Of a DNA stretch of 64,000 nucleotides, positions 19,801-28,768 are shown piece by piece. Position 1 is the first letter of the stretch. Each line of letters starts with the position of its first letter. The stretch is taken from assembly GCA_013166775.1 (NCBI GenBank), contig JABLTJ010000006.1:59983-123982 (forward strand). The letters run 5' to 3'. Made by a program: the position numbers and the translations under genes. This DNA is from Promethearchaeati archaeon. Lineage in GTDB: Archaea > Asgardarchaeota > Heimdallarchaeia > Heimdallarchaeales > Heimdallarchaeaceae. The notes below the pieces were generated by a model. It searched no databases. It was not told where the DNA came from and saw nothing but the letters and a program-made list of their open reading frames with translations.

Positions 19801-19935
19801 GTTTCATATGCGTGGGTAATAGCAGGGGTTGGAGGAGGAATCGCTACGGGAGTAGCTGGTACGGCTATATTCTATTTAGCTCGAGCAGGAAAATTGTCAT
19901 TCCTGAAGAGGTTGTTTGGAGGTGGTGGATCATGA
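13801..19935 (+). CDS. Giant (2044 aa) cell-surface protein: signal peptide, helical rod, hydrophobic beta region, Ca-binding DxDxDG (thrombospondin type 3-like) repeats, Ig-like domain, C-terminal TM
   Basis: N-terminal hydrophobic leader, more than 20 D-[TS]-D-x-D-G-L-x-D...T-[DN]-P repeats, and a Gly-rich TM near the C-terminus. Confidence 0.85.
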   Translation: MSRKKQIITFTALCLILLNFSMVYTQGQIVGDQTERMSFTNPGDFLPKRIAILYDPINPNTIETARAIYETIKYLYSNVQMIAVYTPDMLYDTFKDEYWIRIYVFDTDLTGLETAGGTIQWRKIGRYYETYEKTHHIAVYGNAYKVAKMVSSPNCYFEEKEKMDVRTGFLHAIWSLSTIFLSHKKEIYKEIGANFQKVAIQYFASEFEALTLAEFDPQYSLGEEDPIESEKRIANFKETHPDQLAKIHPETGEFIEPTAEIPGFDPALNLKTMVKAQEDNDIILTEFPFLSSLTGAAGDVIQLLLELIGADIPDGVITVGQEFANSIKTIVEEIPKIIGLIKDPSASSALELFFDILKSAFPSLEKYKPYFDIASKAIFAIQEGPAGILGLMDDLLLFLIPESATGFVTDIVNMLNLTTEFYDGLLEAEKWSDYLMKHLNKQLIYQIIWKVANLVGGALNNTNTVDTITEMFVIGIEIISTRNYTSVVRDIIPYLGMKILGVSDDDTATLFEILGILLQMGLGAAGVLEVDFDDSAQDLFAALFPDVDFTLQDGKEAIQDLIDVTKQMVEGEITDYTTIRSNVVTVIDAVDTLSSFDLSASRTNVIAECITLAYKLLQNDFQIPSELDFISLITDIINEFYPSMDADKKQLISKALELASSLVAFVTDSDSAKIFIKGSINDFISDIGENPGELVKSVLGVVIPLISGETPDQSILDGVGTVVSTIVDMLSGGFDFSIQNILQTVVSIAGVGLSLLDPDIPMNIVTDIFNLFWSDKPEFNDVAKVVEDIITIIQPSVSPTVLNIVEVVLVFIGSAKGIFKDGTKWIMNQLVGWVSGKIADLLNMLTSKLNDLIMNIGSFLSFSANFTVGFGSFSAFYMSVFFKLSPGFSINKEAVIDLVNDLVFHGSTLLSSGNLGYLFKKILSAISIIPLLEAGLEVSSGTTGKDSLTNKLLDKLGVELAFSGSAGVKLQLMKIENGKISTSDFLKLIEFFFKFEISLSKTFPLAEFFFGPAVSVLAKVAEHLGLGGIYLEITFFISIEIVKRIDTKFQSAAEILTIVIGLTVAIIIDLSLVIVGITITFGFTVTLSFIQDFLAGSPLQVVLVIVIFISVKIVFLFWDWSKTIEFGPDPIYLAGGKDDPETREEMTGLDEDGDGLPDSYEEEIPGLKLDSDDSDGDGLSDKFEIRNSGTDPIVNDTDGDRLLDGYEYQVLRTNPLQCDSDFDGLTDYEEVVIYGTDPNSIDTDGDQLDDYYEVNTAWNITGIKRSVPFVMIGGVMYIDHTDPLNPDTDGDGILDGQEGPFGAYYGPDLYDDEDDSYYPDQPPIIYNEGYIHPLDNDTDDDSYRQLCNGTIAPGNMFLIPMTDKIEIDGQWVIFIEDDELIPRLVRTNPVNPDTDGDTGIDPSWRGDAAPINIFLKSDGYELWLDPPTDPNDADTDDDGLIDGFEGWGNPTGNHTDPNNADTDNDGLGDLQDILLGCDPLDPDSDGDGVLDGEEFFKYGTNPAYEDTDHDGLLDGEELYLFHTNPLAVDSDGDGIEDGLEVLYYDTNPMDEDEDNDGLTDWEEIFYHGTLPKVYDSDGDGLSDWEEVAVYYTHPLKWDTDNDTIWYPNEVGEMTFPMSDGDEIKVFGTNPLSSDSDVDGIYDCLELYLGSGLIPDFAPILLDPMSNDTDGDGLLDAHELVVANVTNIIYPYRSFLFTTPYNTSVVNPDTDGDGLLDGDEVLVYGTLANTTDSDGDGIDDGNEIFATFTNPLTSDTDGDALTDYEEIWGYPEYALDPMNPDVDGDMLPDGAEILLYGTNPNNPDEDDNGVLDGLETDFDFDGLEDGYEFFVYKTPMVAGGGVTQPDSDRDGLGDGAEVYLYGTNCTLWDTDNDTFSDGLEVMVGTDPLTFTTLEEFRDAIQAFERGVVVVSPVQGGIYSPSNFTFIIYNASPVLDVTYQMRKGSDDFSDNVSMHFSMETSTWMSTGDYISSGDYEVKFYVHHPDDTYTVVTRTFVVEGTAVVSYAWVIAGVGGGIATGVAGTAIFYLARAGKLSFLKRLFGGGGS
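17245..19465 (+). repeat. Tandem DxDxDG/T[DN]P acidic Ca-binding repeats within the 2044-aa protein
   Basis: For example DSDGDGLSD, DTDGDRLLD, DTDHDGLLD, with roughly 23-24 aa periodicity in the dense stretches. Confidence 0.85.
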
Positions 19936-22900
19936 GTAAGAACATTAAACCTATTAAAAATAAAATAATAACCGCCTTTGTAACTGCTATTTTTATCTTT
20001 TCAATGTTCACTGCAATACCCTCACTACAATTATTAAATGCAGAGATTGCACCCCCAGATTCATATAATTTAGATGAAATTATGAGAATGTTAGAAGAAC
20101 AACAAGAAGGAAACAGTAATTTTGATCTATCAGGAGATACAGTGTATCCTGATGATATAGATTTAGCTTCTTACTTACGAGATTATTCTAATGACTATTC
20201 ACAAATTTATCAACCTTGGAAGACTAAAGCTGCTGTTCGATGTATTGAGATATCTGATGATTATCAGTATATGATTGTAGGTGGTGGATATCTTTATGAT
20301 AATGAGATTCACATTTACCGTTGGAACGATCTTACAAATCAATACGCCAAAGTGTGGAATAGTGGAGATGACATAATAAAGGAAGATGTAATCGATGTCG
20401 ATATTGCTGACACAGACCACAACCAATTCTTGGAAATAGTCGCTGCATCAGCTGATGGCAGTTTCCACGTTTTTGAACAGATGCACATCTACGATCCTAC
20501 TGCAAATACTGAAAACATGTTTGAACATGTTTATTCTTCACCTTATATTGGTCAAGTATGGGGTGTAGAAATAAACGATACAGATTGGGATTATGATCCA
20601 GATATTATTGTTGTCAGCTGGGATCACAAAGTACATGTCTATGAATATTTCATACATTCAGGATATCCTTTTGCACCAGAGCACTGGATTGAATATGAAG
20701 AAAAATGGGTATCTCACAATCTAGGCCAACATCCAACATCTCTAGTTGTTGGAGATACAAATGCAAATGGTCTTCCAGACTTTGTTGTAGGAACAAGAGA
20801 AGGTGGAATATTTATCTTTGAAAACAATGGTACATTACTTGATATCCATGGGCAACCATATCCTCTATGTCAAGATAATAGCTACAAATTGATCTATAGT
20901 GATATCAATTCCATTTGGAGACCAATCTATTCAATGGAAATAGGAGATCTTGATGGACAAATAGGAGATGAGGTTGTTATAGCTTCATTTGCATTTAATG
21001 CGTATGTTTTGAGATATAACCAGCTAACAGAAACTTACTATCTCCAGAAATTAATCAAAGACTTTGAACCATGGACTCTGAAGGATTTCTATCCTGCTGA
21101 TGATTGGGCAGATAATATGACTGCAGGGCAAAATGTCTACTTTAATGATCCTAATGCAGGTTTAGGTACTACGGTTCCTGAACCAATTCCAATGACTGAT
21201 CCATGGTTTGTGGATGGTAATTATCCATACAATTCAGGTTCAGTTCAAAACAATGATACTTGTTGGACACTCTTCAGATCAAGTTCTGATGAAGCTTATG
21301 CAATCTATGATTTTGGTGCAGATGAAGAAGGAACAGGAAATGGAAATGATAAAGCAGATTTCTCTATAGTGTTCAAAACACCTTATAGTTCAATAAATAT
21401 AAACGATTTTGAACTTTCAATAAGTCAAGATTATGAACATTGGATGGCAGTAAATTCAACCTCAATCACAAAGGGATATTCCAGTGAAGGATATGCTTCT
21501 CTAAATATTGATGTTGACACTCTTCTTGTAAATAACAAATGGGATTTCTTCCAGTATGTTAATGTTACCGTTCTGCAAGGAAATCCTGACTACCACATAT
21601 ACAGATTAGAACTCCATTATGTAAACGTGAGAGTTGATGATGCGCTTTCTGCAACAATTGGAACACTTGCTTCAAGCTATTATGAAGAAGATACAATGAT
21701 GCAAGCTTTGATTGGAACAGTGGATGGAAGGATTATTGCATTCAAGTACAATTCAACACTGGATGAGTTTGTGCTAACCTGGGATTCATGGGTTGATGAT
21801 CGCTTTAGCATGGGGATGAACATTTGGGATCTTGAACAAGTTAAAACACTTGGTACTATGCCAATGATTTATGGTATAACAGATTTAGAAACTGATTATA
21901 TTTTAAGATCTGATTACCTCTTTACGCGTCCTAAAGATCAAGTTCCAACGATTTATGATATCTATGATTATGACATAGAAAACATTGATGAAGATTTGTT
22001 CGGTGATGGAGACTTCATTTTGAGTGATGGTAATGGAGATATTTACTTCTTTACTAATGGATTTGAATACTCAGTACCAGAAACTCTCAATTACTTCTCT
22101 AATATAAATGCTAATCCAAATTATGATGGAATGAATCTTTCTGTTTCCGCAGCTAACATCTATAACACTCCCTCTCTTCCAGGTTCAGAAATATTGATTG
22201 GTTGGTATGATGATTCTCTATCAAACATCTATGATGATTTTTATGATGATTCATCTACATCATTACCAGCTGATATCGAGTTCTGGTATCGAACAGGAGG
22301 AATGTTGTATGATAATCCAACTTCACTCACAGCTCTGGAACAAAGCGGTCAATTAGAAGAATTACTAAAAACGGCTCAATCCATCCCTTCAGCTGATGGA
22401 ATAGATATTGATTCTGATGGGGATATTGATTTAGTTGTTTGCATAGATAATCTCTACTTGCTTTGGAACATTGGTGACACTGTAAACCCACTTTATGCCT
22501 TAGACTCTGATTATTTCGAAGATATTAATGAAGTCCAAGGAAAAAGAAAGTACTTTAGTCCTCAATTCGTTGAATTTGATCATGATAATGATTATGATCT
22601 AACCATAGGGTATTCCAACCGAGTAGGTGCAACTTATTTCGAAAATTATGGCTCTATTGCTGATCCTAGATGGGTAGAAAAGAAAGAATTACTAAACAAT
22701 TTTGATGAAATGGCTACAATTAATGTCTATAATCTAACAAGACCACTTTTCATTACATATCAAGATTTCAGTGTTTATGATGCTATTCAGTTGGAGTCAG
22801 CAACAGGAGAAGATTACTTAGATAAATACCTATTTTATACAATGTTCAATACCTATACTAATGATTTCTATGAATTTCTGATTAACTATGGTATCCAAAC

Positions 22901-25900
22901 ATCTTACATGGTAGCTACTTATCCAATCATATCAAGAGTAGAAGTTAATTCCTTTAAATCAGATATATATGAGGAAATATATACGTGGCGTAATTTTGGA
23001 TTCAGAGCAATTGAAAGTTGGTCAACACGATTAGATTTGTATAACTGGACTCTATCAGTAGAAACTGCTGATATAGACCAAGACGGTAAAGGTGAAATAA
23101 TTGTTGGAGATTATGATAATAACGTCTACATCTTTGAACATCTAACAAATAACACTTACAAAATAGCTTTTCGTTCCCCTGATATGTATCAAAACTATCC
23201 AACGGATCAATCACCTTATGCTTGGGATCAATTTGGTAGTTTCACTGGAGAATTTAATCAAACTATCTGGAACCATGTCTCCCATATTCTAGTTGGAGTG
23301 GATCTTGATAGAAATGGCTATTTAGAACTTGTCGCATTGGCAGGAACGGTGTTATATGTCTTTGAAACCACGCATGATGAATTTAGTGGAAGAATAATAG
23401 ATGACACATATACTCTTCTCTATCAATACGATTTACTGCTAAATATTGAAAGGGACTATCTAACTTCAAAATCCTATTTAGAATCTACGGGGTTGACTTG
23501 GGCCTATGACCTAGATTTAGATGGATACAGTGAAATCATTGTTGCATTTGAATCACAAGTGTTTGTATTCATACCTCGACTAGGTACAATCTACGAACTG
23601 TATGGTAATGTTCCCCCAAGCACAAATTCAGGTCATTATAATTTGCCTGGGAACAGTAAGGTATTCAATAACATAACTATATCTGGCGTGAAAGTTTTTG
23701 ATACAAATAGAAATGGTTTGGAAGAAATTATTATCTATGGTGATATTGGACAGAGTGGATGGAATCATTTAGGATATCTTGTTATTATTGAATATAATTA
23801 TCTGGGATATCAGATTATTTGGGAACTACCTTCTTCTGCCTCAATTAATAATATGATCTACACCCTTGAAATAGCTGATCAAGATTTTGATGGTAACTGG
23901 GAACTTATCATAGGTGGAGAAAAAGGTATTGCAATTTGGGAATATGACAATCCAGACTATCAACAAGTAAGTGTTGTAACGGGTCATATGAATTATCCTT
24001 ACATGGATTCCTACTCAATGTTTGGTGAAAGCAATTATTATTCATCGGATAGTCAAATAAAACAACGTTCTCATGATATAATTCAACTGACCTATAGTGG
24101 TGCTAACCATTCTTATCTAGCAGTATGGACTGAATATAGCGTGGCATTATCACAATATGTTCTTTACCAATCTGTAAGCCATGATGGTGAAACTTGGTTA
24201 TCAAATACTATGCTTCCTAGATACAAAATTTTCAATATGTACTTCCCTTCGCTTGTACAAATCTCAGATGGAACTATCTATCTGATCTGGTCTCAATTAG
24301 AACTTCAATTAGGACTAGGGATTTATGGTATTTTTATGATGAATTCTACAAACAATGGACAGGATTGGAGTGTACCTTATCCAATTCATACCGAGAATGG
24401 AATATCAGGTAATCCTTTCAGATCACCAACAGTGTTTTCTTATGGGACCGCTGGAATTGGTTTTGGATTTGTATTCAAGAATACAACTCATTCACTCCCC
24501 CAAATTGGGTTCTATAATAAAAACTCAGGAGCTATAACCACTTCAGTTGAAATAGGAAGTTTGCGTGAAGATAATTTCTATGTAAATGGAATAGATGTTG
24601 TAGAAAATCCAAACAGCCCCCAGACTTATGCCTTAGCTATGAGTTGTCATAAAACAACAGAAAACAAAGATGATTATGACATCTGGTTCAGCGAACTCAA
24701 TTCGTCTCTAGGGTATTCAATTGAACCTAGGAAACTAGTTGAAAGTGCTGCTGTTGAACATACTCCGAGTATAGCCTATGTTTATTCAGGAAATTACCCA
24801 CTATTAATCACATATGATGCTACAGGATACAAACAAGCCATAAGTACCTCCTATGGTTTAGTTTCGTCAGATTATCTGGAATGGTCAGAACCTGATATTC
24901 TCTCAGTTTATCCAGATTATATTATTCTTAACTCAACCTATGATGTGTATCCAGAATTTAAAAACATCTTTCCATATGGCATAAATTCACATGGTTTCCG
25001 TAGTCCAAAAGTCGCTGCTACCTATGATGGAAGTTTTGTAGTTCTAACTAAATTTGATATTGATGGAGCTCAGATTGTCCCGTATCAACCATTATATTGG
25101 GAAGACTTGCTCTGTCAAGTTTATAGCTTGAATGTTACAAGTTTCACACCATTAGAAAAAGCAACGGATATAGCAGTGGGAGATACAGATGGAGATGGAT
25201 TACAGGAAATTCTAGTAGCAGATGGCTATACTGCAAGGCTAGTAGAATTGTTTACAACACAAAAGGATTATCTAGGATTCCAAGCTAAATGGAAGAGTTA
25301 TGACTATGAAAATTCAGTTTCAGATGTCTCCATTTATGATACTAATGGTAATGGATTCGGAGAACTAATTTTCAGCGTTCAAGGAGATGACGTTTATATC
25401 TTTGAAACAGATAATCTAAATGTAGCTAAAGTAAACCTAACTATTCCTATTCTTTCCTATACTGCATTTGATGCCAACTTAGATCTATATGAGTTATCAC
25501 TTTCTGTAGATATAGAAGATGATGGATATCCAGACTATGTTGTAATCATGGATAATGGAGATGTTTATGCTTTCATTGGTACAGATGGCGAGAATAGATG
25601 GAGTACTAGTACTTCTGGATCATCAGCTCCTGTTCAATTACTTATAGAAGGGATTTACGAAGGAAATCTTGCTATATTCGTATTGTTTGATGATGGAGAT
25701 GCCTTCTGGATAGATAAGAACGAAGGATCTATTCTACAAACATTTAATCTAGAAGGTACGGATTTCTATGATGATACTGGAATACTGTATGATATCAATG
25801 GAGATTCAATAGATGATATAATAGTTCTTACAACAGGATTAGAATTACTAACGTATGATGGATCAGATGGTTCATCATTACCAGAATCTCAAGCATTAGG

Positions 25901-27851
25901 AACAGGAGTAAGAGGTATTGATCTAGCTTATGAAGACTCAACTCCAAGTATCATCGTTGCTTTAAATAATGACTCTGTTGTTTCTTATGATATATCCTTA
26001 GCATTTCAATGGTCATTTGATATAACAACAGATAGTAATTCAAGAGTATTTGCTGAAGATCTCAATGGTGACAGTACGACTGAAGTCTTCATTACCTCTG
26101 AACCTTACATTCTAATTCACCCTAATGGTACATGGTTGTGGAATGTTTCTATAATTTCTTATTCGAATACTGCATTCTTCTATGATATTAACAAAGACAA
26201 TGTTTTAGATATTATAACAAATGGTGGAAGTTCATCCTTCACAACTGCTTATGATGGATCAACTGGAGAAATTCTCTGGAATTATCAAACAGATCACATT
26301 TTTACTGGAGAGTTTACAATGGGAACATATAACGGTGAAACCGCTATATTCTTTGCATATTTAGATATAACTGATTTAAGTTTAGGAGTAGGATCGCTCT
26401 CACCATATGGTACTCTAAGATGGATGATGAGAACAACATATGATATAACTGAAAACCCGAGTAATCTAAAACCAGTAGTAATAGATAATACACTAGGAGT
26501 TATCTATGGAAATCAAGGAGGAAAAGTTTCTGCTGTAGTTTCTGATCAATTAATTTATGAGATAGTACCTGAAAACCTGGATGTGATGCAATTATCTACT
26601 ATCTATTCATCCAATGATGATATTGCTGAAAAGACAGTAATCACTGATGATTTCTTAGGAGATGGTAATCCTTACTTGTTCTTTGTAGAAAAAGGAAATC
26701 GTGCTGTTTTATATGATCTGAAAAACAGTTTAATATACAGCTCTATCACCTTACTTGTATTTGGCAATGTAACTTGGGCAGTAGCTGCAGATATTAATAT
26801 AGATGGCTATCCTACCTCAGTGTACTTCATTACAGATGCTTTTGAGATTGGGCTATTATCAGTTCAAGATATGACTCTTGAATTTCTCAAGGATGAATCT
26901 GGCTCGATAGATGAATTCTATTATATGATAGCTTACCCCCTCAAAGAAAACTACGACGCATTGATAATCAGTGTTAGACATAAAGCAGATTATGAGCTCA
27001 GAACATTGAATAAAGTTGGAGACAAAGTATGGGATACTATTGTGAATACTGCAAGTCCATATAAACAGCTTCTAGCAGGACATCTTCTACCTATGGCTAC
27101 AAGTGAAGATGGAGATTTCTTAGTGCTAGTGCAAGACTCTCAATTGCTCTTCCACTTCGCATATAATGGAACATATTATCATGGGTATGATGGAATGGCC
27201 GGTTTAGTTGCCCTATCAAACAGAATGTCAACAGATTCCTACCAAAGTGTATACTTCCAGAATTATGATGATATAGCATGCTACGATCTAGATTTGAAGA
27301 TTATTCAATGGACATATCAAGTAGGAACAGAAGAAATTCTAGATTTTGCATTCTTGGATTATAATAGTGATACTTACATTGATGTCTATGCTACACAAAA
27401 TGGTACAGGAATCTACTTGATTCAAGATACAATGGCAGCTCAAACACTAATGTGGACACATATACATAATTCATTTGAAGCAAGATATGTAGAATTTCTG
27501 AAAAACACAGACGATAAACCTGAACTATTAATTGGGGACTATCATAGGCTGTTCTTTGCAACACCAGGAGCAGGAAATATCGATACAGCTACAAGAAAGA
27601 ACTTTGAACAGATTACATATCTTGATTTATGGCCAAGAGATGGTATGTCAAACAAAACAACAATAATTTTCTTAGCTGGTAGTACTATTTATTCCCATAA
27701 TTTGAGTCTAATATTTGCAGGACAAGCAGAATTTATAGAGGAAAATATCATAGTCGATTTACCAAGACTCATAAGATTAGTTATACCTACTGGTATCATG
27801 TTTATTACTGTGCTAATTGCTATGGTAATTCTACTGAAGAAGAAAGAATGA
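19932..27851 (+). CDS. Giant (~2639 aa) anchored surface protein with FG-GAP/VCBS, Asp-box and PQQ-like beta-propeller repeats
   Basis: The ATG at 19932 overlaps the upstream TGA (ATGA) and is followed by a signal peptide. Many D-x-D-x-[DN]-G-x-x-[ED]-I-I-V repeats, SHDGETW/STNNGQDW Asp-boxes, DGSTGEILW. C-terminal TM + KKKE. Confidence 0.87.
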   Translation: MSKNIKPIKNKIITAFVTAIFIFSMFTAIPSLQLLNAEIAPPDSYNLDEIMRMLEEQQEGNSNFDLSGDTVYPDDIDLASYLRDYSNDYSQIYQPWKTKAAVRCIEISDDYQYMIVGGGYLYDNEIHIYRWNDLTNQYAKVWNSGDDIIKEDVIDVDIADTDHNQFLEIVAASADGSFHVFEQMHIYDPTANTENMFEHVYSSPYIGQVWGVEINDTDWDYDPDIIVVSWDHKVHVYEYFIHSGYPFAPEHWIEYEEKWVSHNLGQHPTSLVVGDTNANGLPDFVVGTREGGIFIFENNGTLLDIHGQPYPLCQDNSYKLIYSDINSIWRPIYSMEIGDLDGQIGDEVVIASFAFNAYVLRYNQLTETYYLQKLIKDFEPWTLKDFYPADDWADNMTAGQNVYFNDPNAGLGTTVPEPIPMTDPWFVDGNYPYNSGSVQNNDTCWTLFRSSSDEAYAIYDFGADEEGTGNGNDKADFSIVFKTPYSSININDFELSISQDYEHWMAVNSTSITKGYSSEGYASLNIDVDTLLVNNKWDFFQYVNVTVLQGNPDYHIYRLELHYVNVRVDDALSATIGTLASSYYEEDTMMQALIGTVDGRIIAFKYNSTLDEFVLTWDSWVDDRFSMGMNIWDLEQVKTLGTMPMIYGITDLETDYILRSDYLFTRPKDQVPTIYDIYDYDIENIDEDLFGDGDFILSDGNGDIYFFTNGFEYSVPETLNYFSNINANPNYDGMNLSVSAANIYNTPSLPGSEILIGWYDDSLSNIYDDFYDDSSTSLPADIEFWYRTGGMLYDNPTSLTALEQSGQLEELLKTAQSIPSADGIDIDSDGDIDLVVCIDNLYLLWNIGDTVNPLYALDSDYFEDINEVQGKRKYFSPQFVEFDHDNDYDLTIGYSNRVGATYFENYGSIADPRWVEKKELLNNFDEMATINVYNLTRPLFITYQDFSVYDAIQLESATGEDYLDKYLFYTMFNTYTNDFYEFLINYGIQTSYMVATYPIISRVEVNSFKSDIYEEIYTWRNFGFRAIESWSTRLDLYNWTLSVETADIDQDGKGEIIVGDYDNNVYIFEHLTNNTYKIAFRSPDMYQNYPTDQSPYAWDQFGSFTGEFNQTIWNHVSHILVGVDLDRNGYLELVALAGTVLYVFETTHDEFSGRIIDDTYTLLYQYDLLLNIERDYLTSKSYLESTGLTWAYDLDLDGYSEIIVAFESQVFVFIPRLGTIYELYGNVPPSTNSGHYNLPGNSKVFNNITISGVKVFDTNRNGLEEIIIYGDIGQSGWNHLGYLVIIEYNYLGYQIIWELPSSASINNMIYTLEIADQDFDGNWELIIGGEKGIAIWEYDNPDYQQVSVVTGHMNYPYMDSYSMFGESNYYSSDSQIKQRSHDIIQLTYSGANHSYLAVWTEYSVALSQYVLYQSVSHDGETWLSNTMLPRYKIFNMYFPSLVQISDGTIYLIWSQLELQLGLGIYGIFMMNSTNNGQDWSVPYPIHTENGISGNPFRSPTVFSYGTAGIGFGFVFKNTTHSLPQIGFYNKNSGAITTSVEIGSLREDNFYVNGIDVVENPNSPQTYALAMSCHKTTENKDDYDIWFSELNSSLGYSIEPRKLVESAAVEHTPSIAYVYSGNYPLLITYDATGYKQAISTSYGLVSSDYLEWSEPDILSVYPDYIILNSTYDVYPEFKNIFPYGINSHGFRSPKVAATYDGSFVVLTKFDIDGAQIVPYQPLYWEDLLCQVYSLNVTSFTPLEKATDIAVGDTDGDGLQEILVADGYTARLVELFTTQKDYLGFQAKWKSYDYENSVSDVSIYDTNGNGFGELIFSVQGDDVYIFETDNLNVAKVNLTIPILSYTAFDANLDLYELSLSVDIEDDGYPDYVVIMDNGDVYAFIGTDGENRWSTSTSGSSAPVQLLIEGIYEGNLAIFVLFDDGDAFWIDKNEGSILQTFNLEGTDFYDDTGILYDINGDSIDDIIVLTTGLELLTYDGSDGSSLPESQALGTGVRGIDLAYEDSTPSIIVALNNDSVVSYDISLAFQWSFDITTDSNSRVFAEDLNGDSTTEVFITSEPYILIHPNGTWLWNVSIISYSNTAFFYDINKDNVLDIITNGGSSSFTTAYDGSTGEILWNYQTDHIFTGEFTMGTYNGETAIFFAYLDITDLSLGVGSLSPYGTLRWMMRTTYDITENPSNLKPVVIDNTLGVIYGNQGGKVSAVVSDQLIYEIVPENLDVMQLSTIYSSNDDIAEKTVITDDFLGDGNPYLFFVEKGNRAVLYDLKNSLIYSSITLLVFGNVTWAVAADINIDGYPTSVYFITDAFEIGLLSVQDMTLEFLKDESGSIDEFYYMIAYPLKENYDALIISVRHKADYELRTLNKVGDKVWDTIVNTASPYKQLLAGHLLPMATSEDGDFLVLVQDSQLLFHFAYNGTYYHGYDGMAGLVALSNRMSTDSYQSVYFQNYDDIACYDLDLKIIQWTYQVGTEEILDFAFLDYNSDTYIDVYATQNGTGIYLIQDTMAAQTLMWTHIHNSFEARYVEFLKNTDDKPELLIGDYHRLFFATPGAGNIDTATRKNFEQITYLDLWPRDGMSNKTTIIFLAGSTIYSHNLSLIFAGQAEFIEENIIVDLPRLIRLVIPTGIMFITVLIAMVILLKKKE

Positions 27852-27865
27852 TTTCGTCGATAAAC

Positions 27866-27882
27866 TCTTTTCTCTTTTTTTT
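27866..27882 (+). terminator. Oligo-T archaeal-type terminator
   Basis: TCTTTTCTCTTTTTTTT shortly after the stop of the giant operon. Confidence 0.5.
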
Positions 27883-28034
27883 ACTATTTTACTTTCAGCA
27901 TAGATAGATATCTTTCGTTTGTGAAATATATTATTAAATTTTTCAAACAAAGGATTCAACAAATCTTTAAGATTGCATAAAGAGTCTTTTTGAAAATAGG
28001 AGATGCTTCAAAGTTGTTAATTGAACCTCTAGCG

Positions 28035-28698
28035 ATGAAAAAAATTACAATATTGGGAATAACGGGTTCAGGAAAAACAACTTTTCTGGAAGCTCTTTTT
28101 GGAGATATTGAGAAAAATGATGTAGCAAGAAGAGTTTTCAAAGAAGTGAGCACTAATCTTGATTTTACTCCTTTAAATACAACAATTTTACTAATAGCAC
28201 AACAACAATATCATTGAATGTAGTTAATTCTGTTATAGTTTTAACAAGATTTAACAAAGTTATTTTAAGAAAATTTGCAGATAAAGAAACAATAGATTTT
28301 GAATCAATTGATGAAGCTTTTCAAGTAATTTTCAACGATCTAGCAGGACAAGAAAGATTTGATTTTATGCAAGAATTGCAATAAAAGGCTCGCATATAAT
28401 AATTATTATGGCTGATGGATCAAATACTGCATCTGTTGAAAAAATATCTCATTTTCTTGAAATGGTGAGGATGGAGGAACAACGATCTGGTAGAGATATA
28501 CCTGTTTTAATATTCGTCAATAAATCAGATTTGAAAGAATATGGTGCTTTTTTAGGTAAAGATTATGCTGAAAGAGTTATTTTTTCAGCTTTACTAGATA
28601 GGGAATTACTCATCTACGAAACATCTAATTTTGAAGTTGAATCATATGAGATGCCTTTGACAATTATATTCAATTATCTCTCCATGCAAAGCTCCTAA
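28035..28698 (+). pseudogene. Ras-superfamily small GTPase split across three frames (two single-base frameshifts; pseudogene or sequencing error)
   Basis: Frame 1 has G1 GITGSGKT. A second frame has STTTISLN (G2) and DLAGQERFDF (G3). The third has NKSD (G4) and ETS (G5). Adding one A near 28175-28177 and one near 28374-28375 restores an ORF of about 220 aa. Confidence 0.82.
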
Positions 28699-28768
28699 TT
28701 TGGCTTATATCCCACTCTAATACTAACTAAATGTTTATCTATTTTGGAACGAACTGAAATTTAGAGAA

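Noticed and set aside
19812-19931. ORF-track start of the 2679-aa protein at GTG 19812
   Set aside because: It would overlap the upstream gene's TM by 40 codons. ATG 19932 gives an ATGA coupling, a GGTGG SD and a clean signal peptide.
19932-27851. True integrin alpha orthologue
   Set aside because: FG-GAP-like repeats are widespread in prokaryotes. No thigh/calf arrangement, GFFKR tail or vWA-bearing beta partner is recognisable.
28170-28384. Programmed double -1 frameshifting of the GTPase
   Set aside because: Only the first junction has a slippery heptamer, which is common in AT-rich DNA. The second has none and no stimulatory structure is evident, so indels are more parsimonious.
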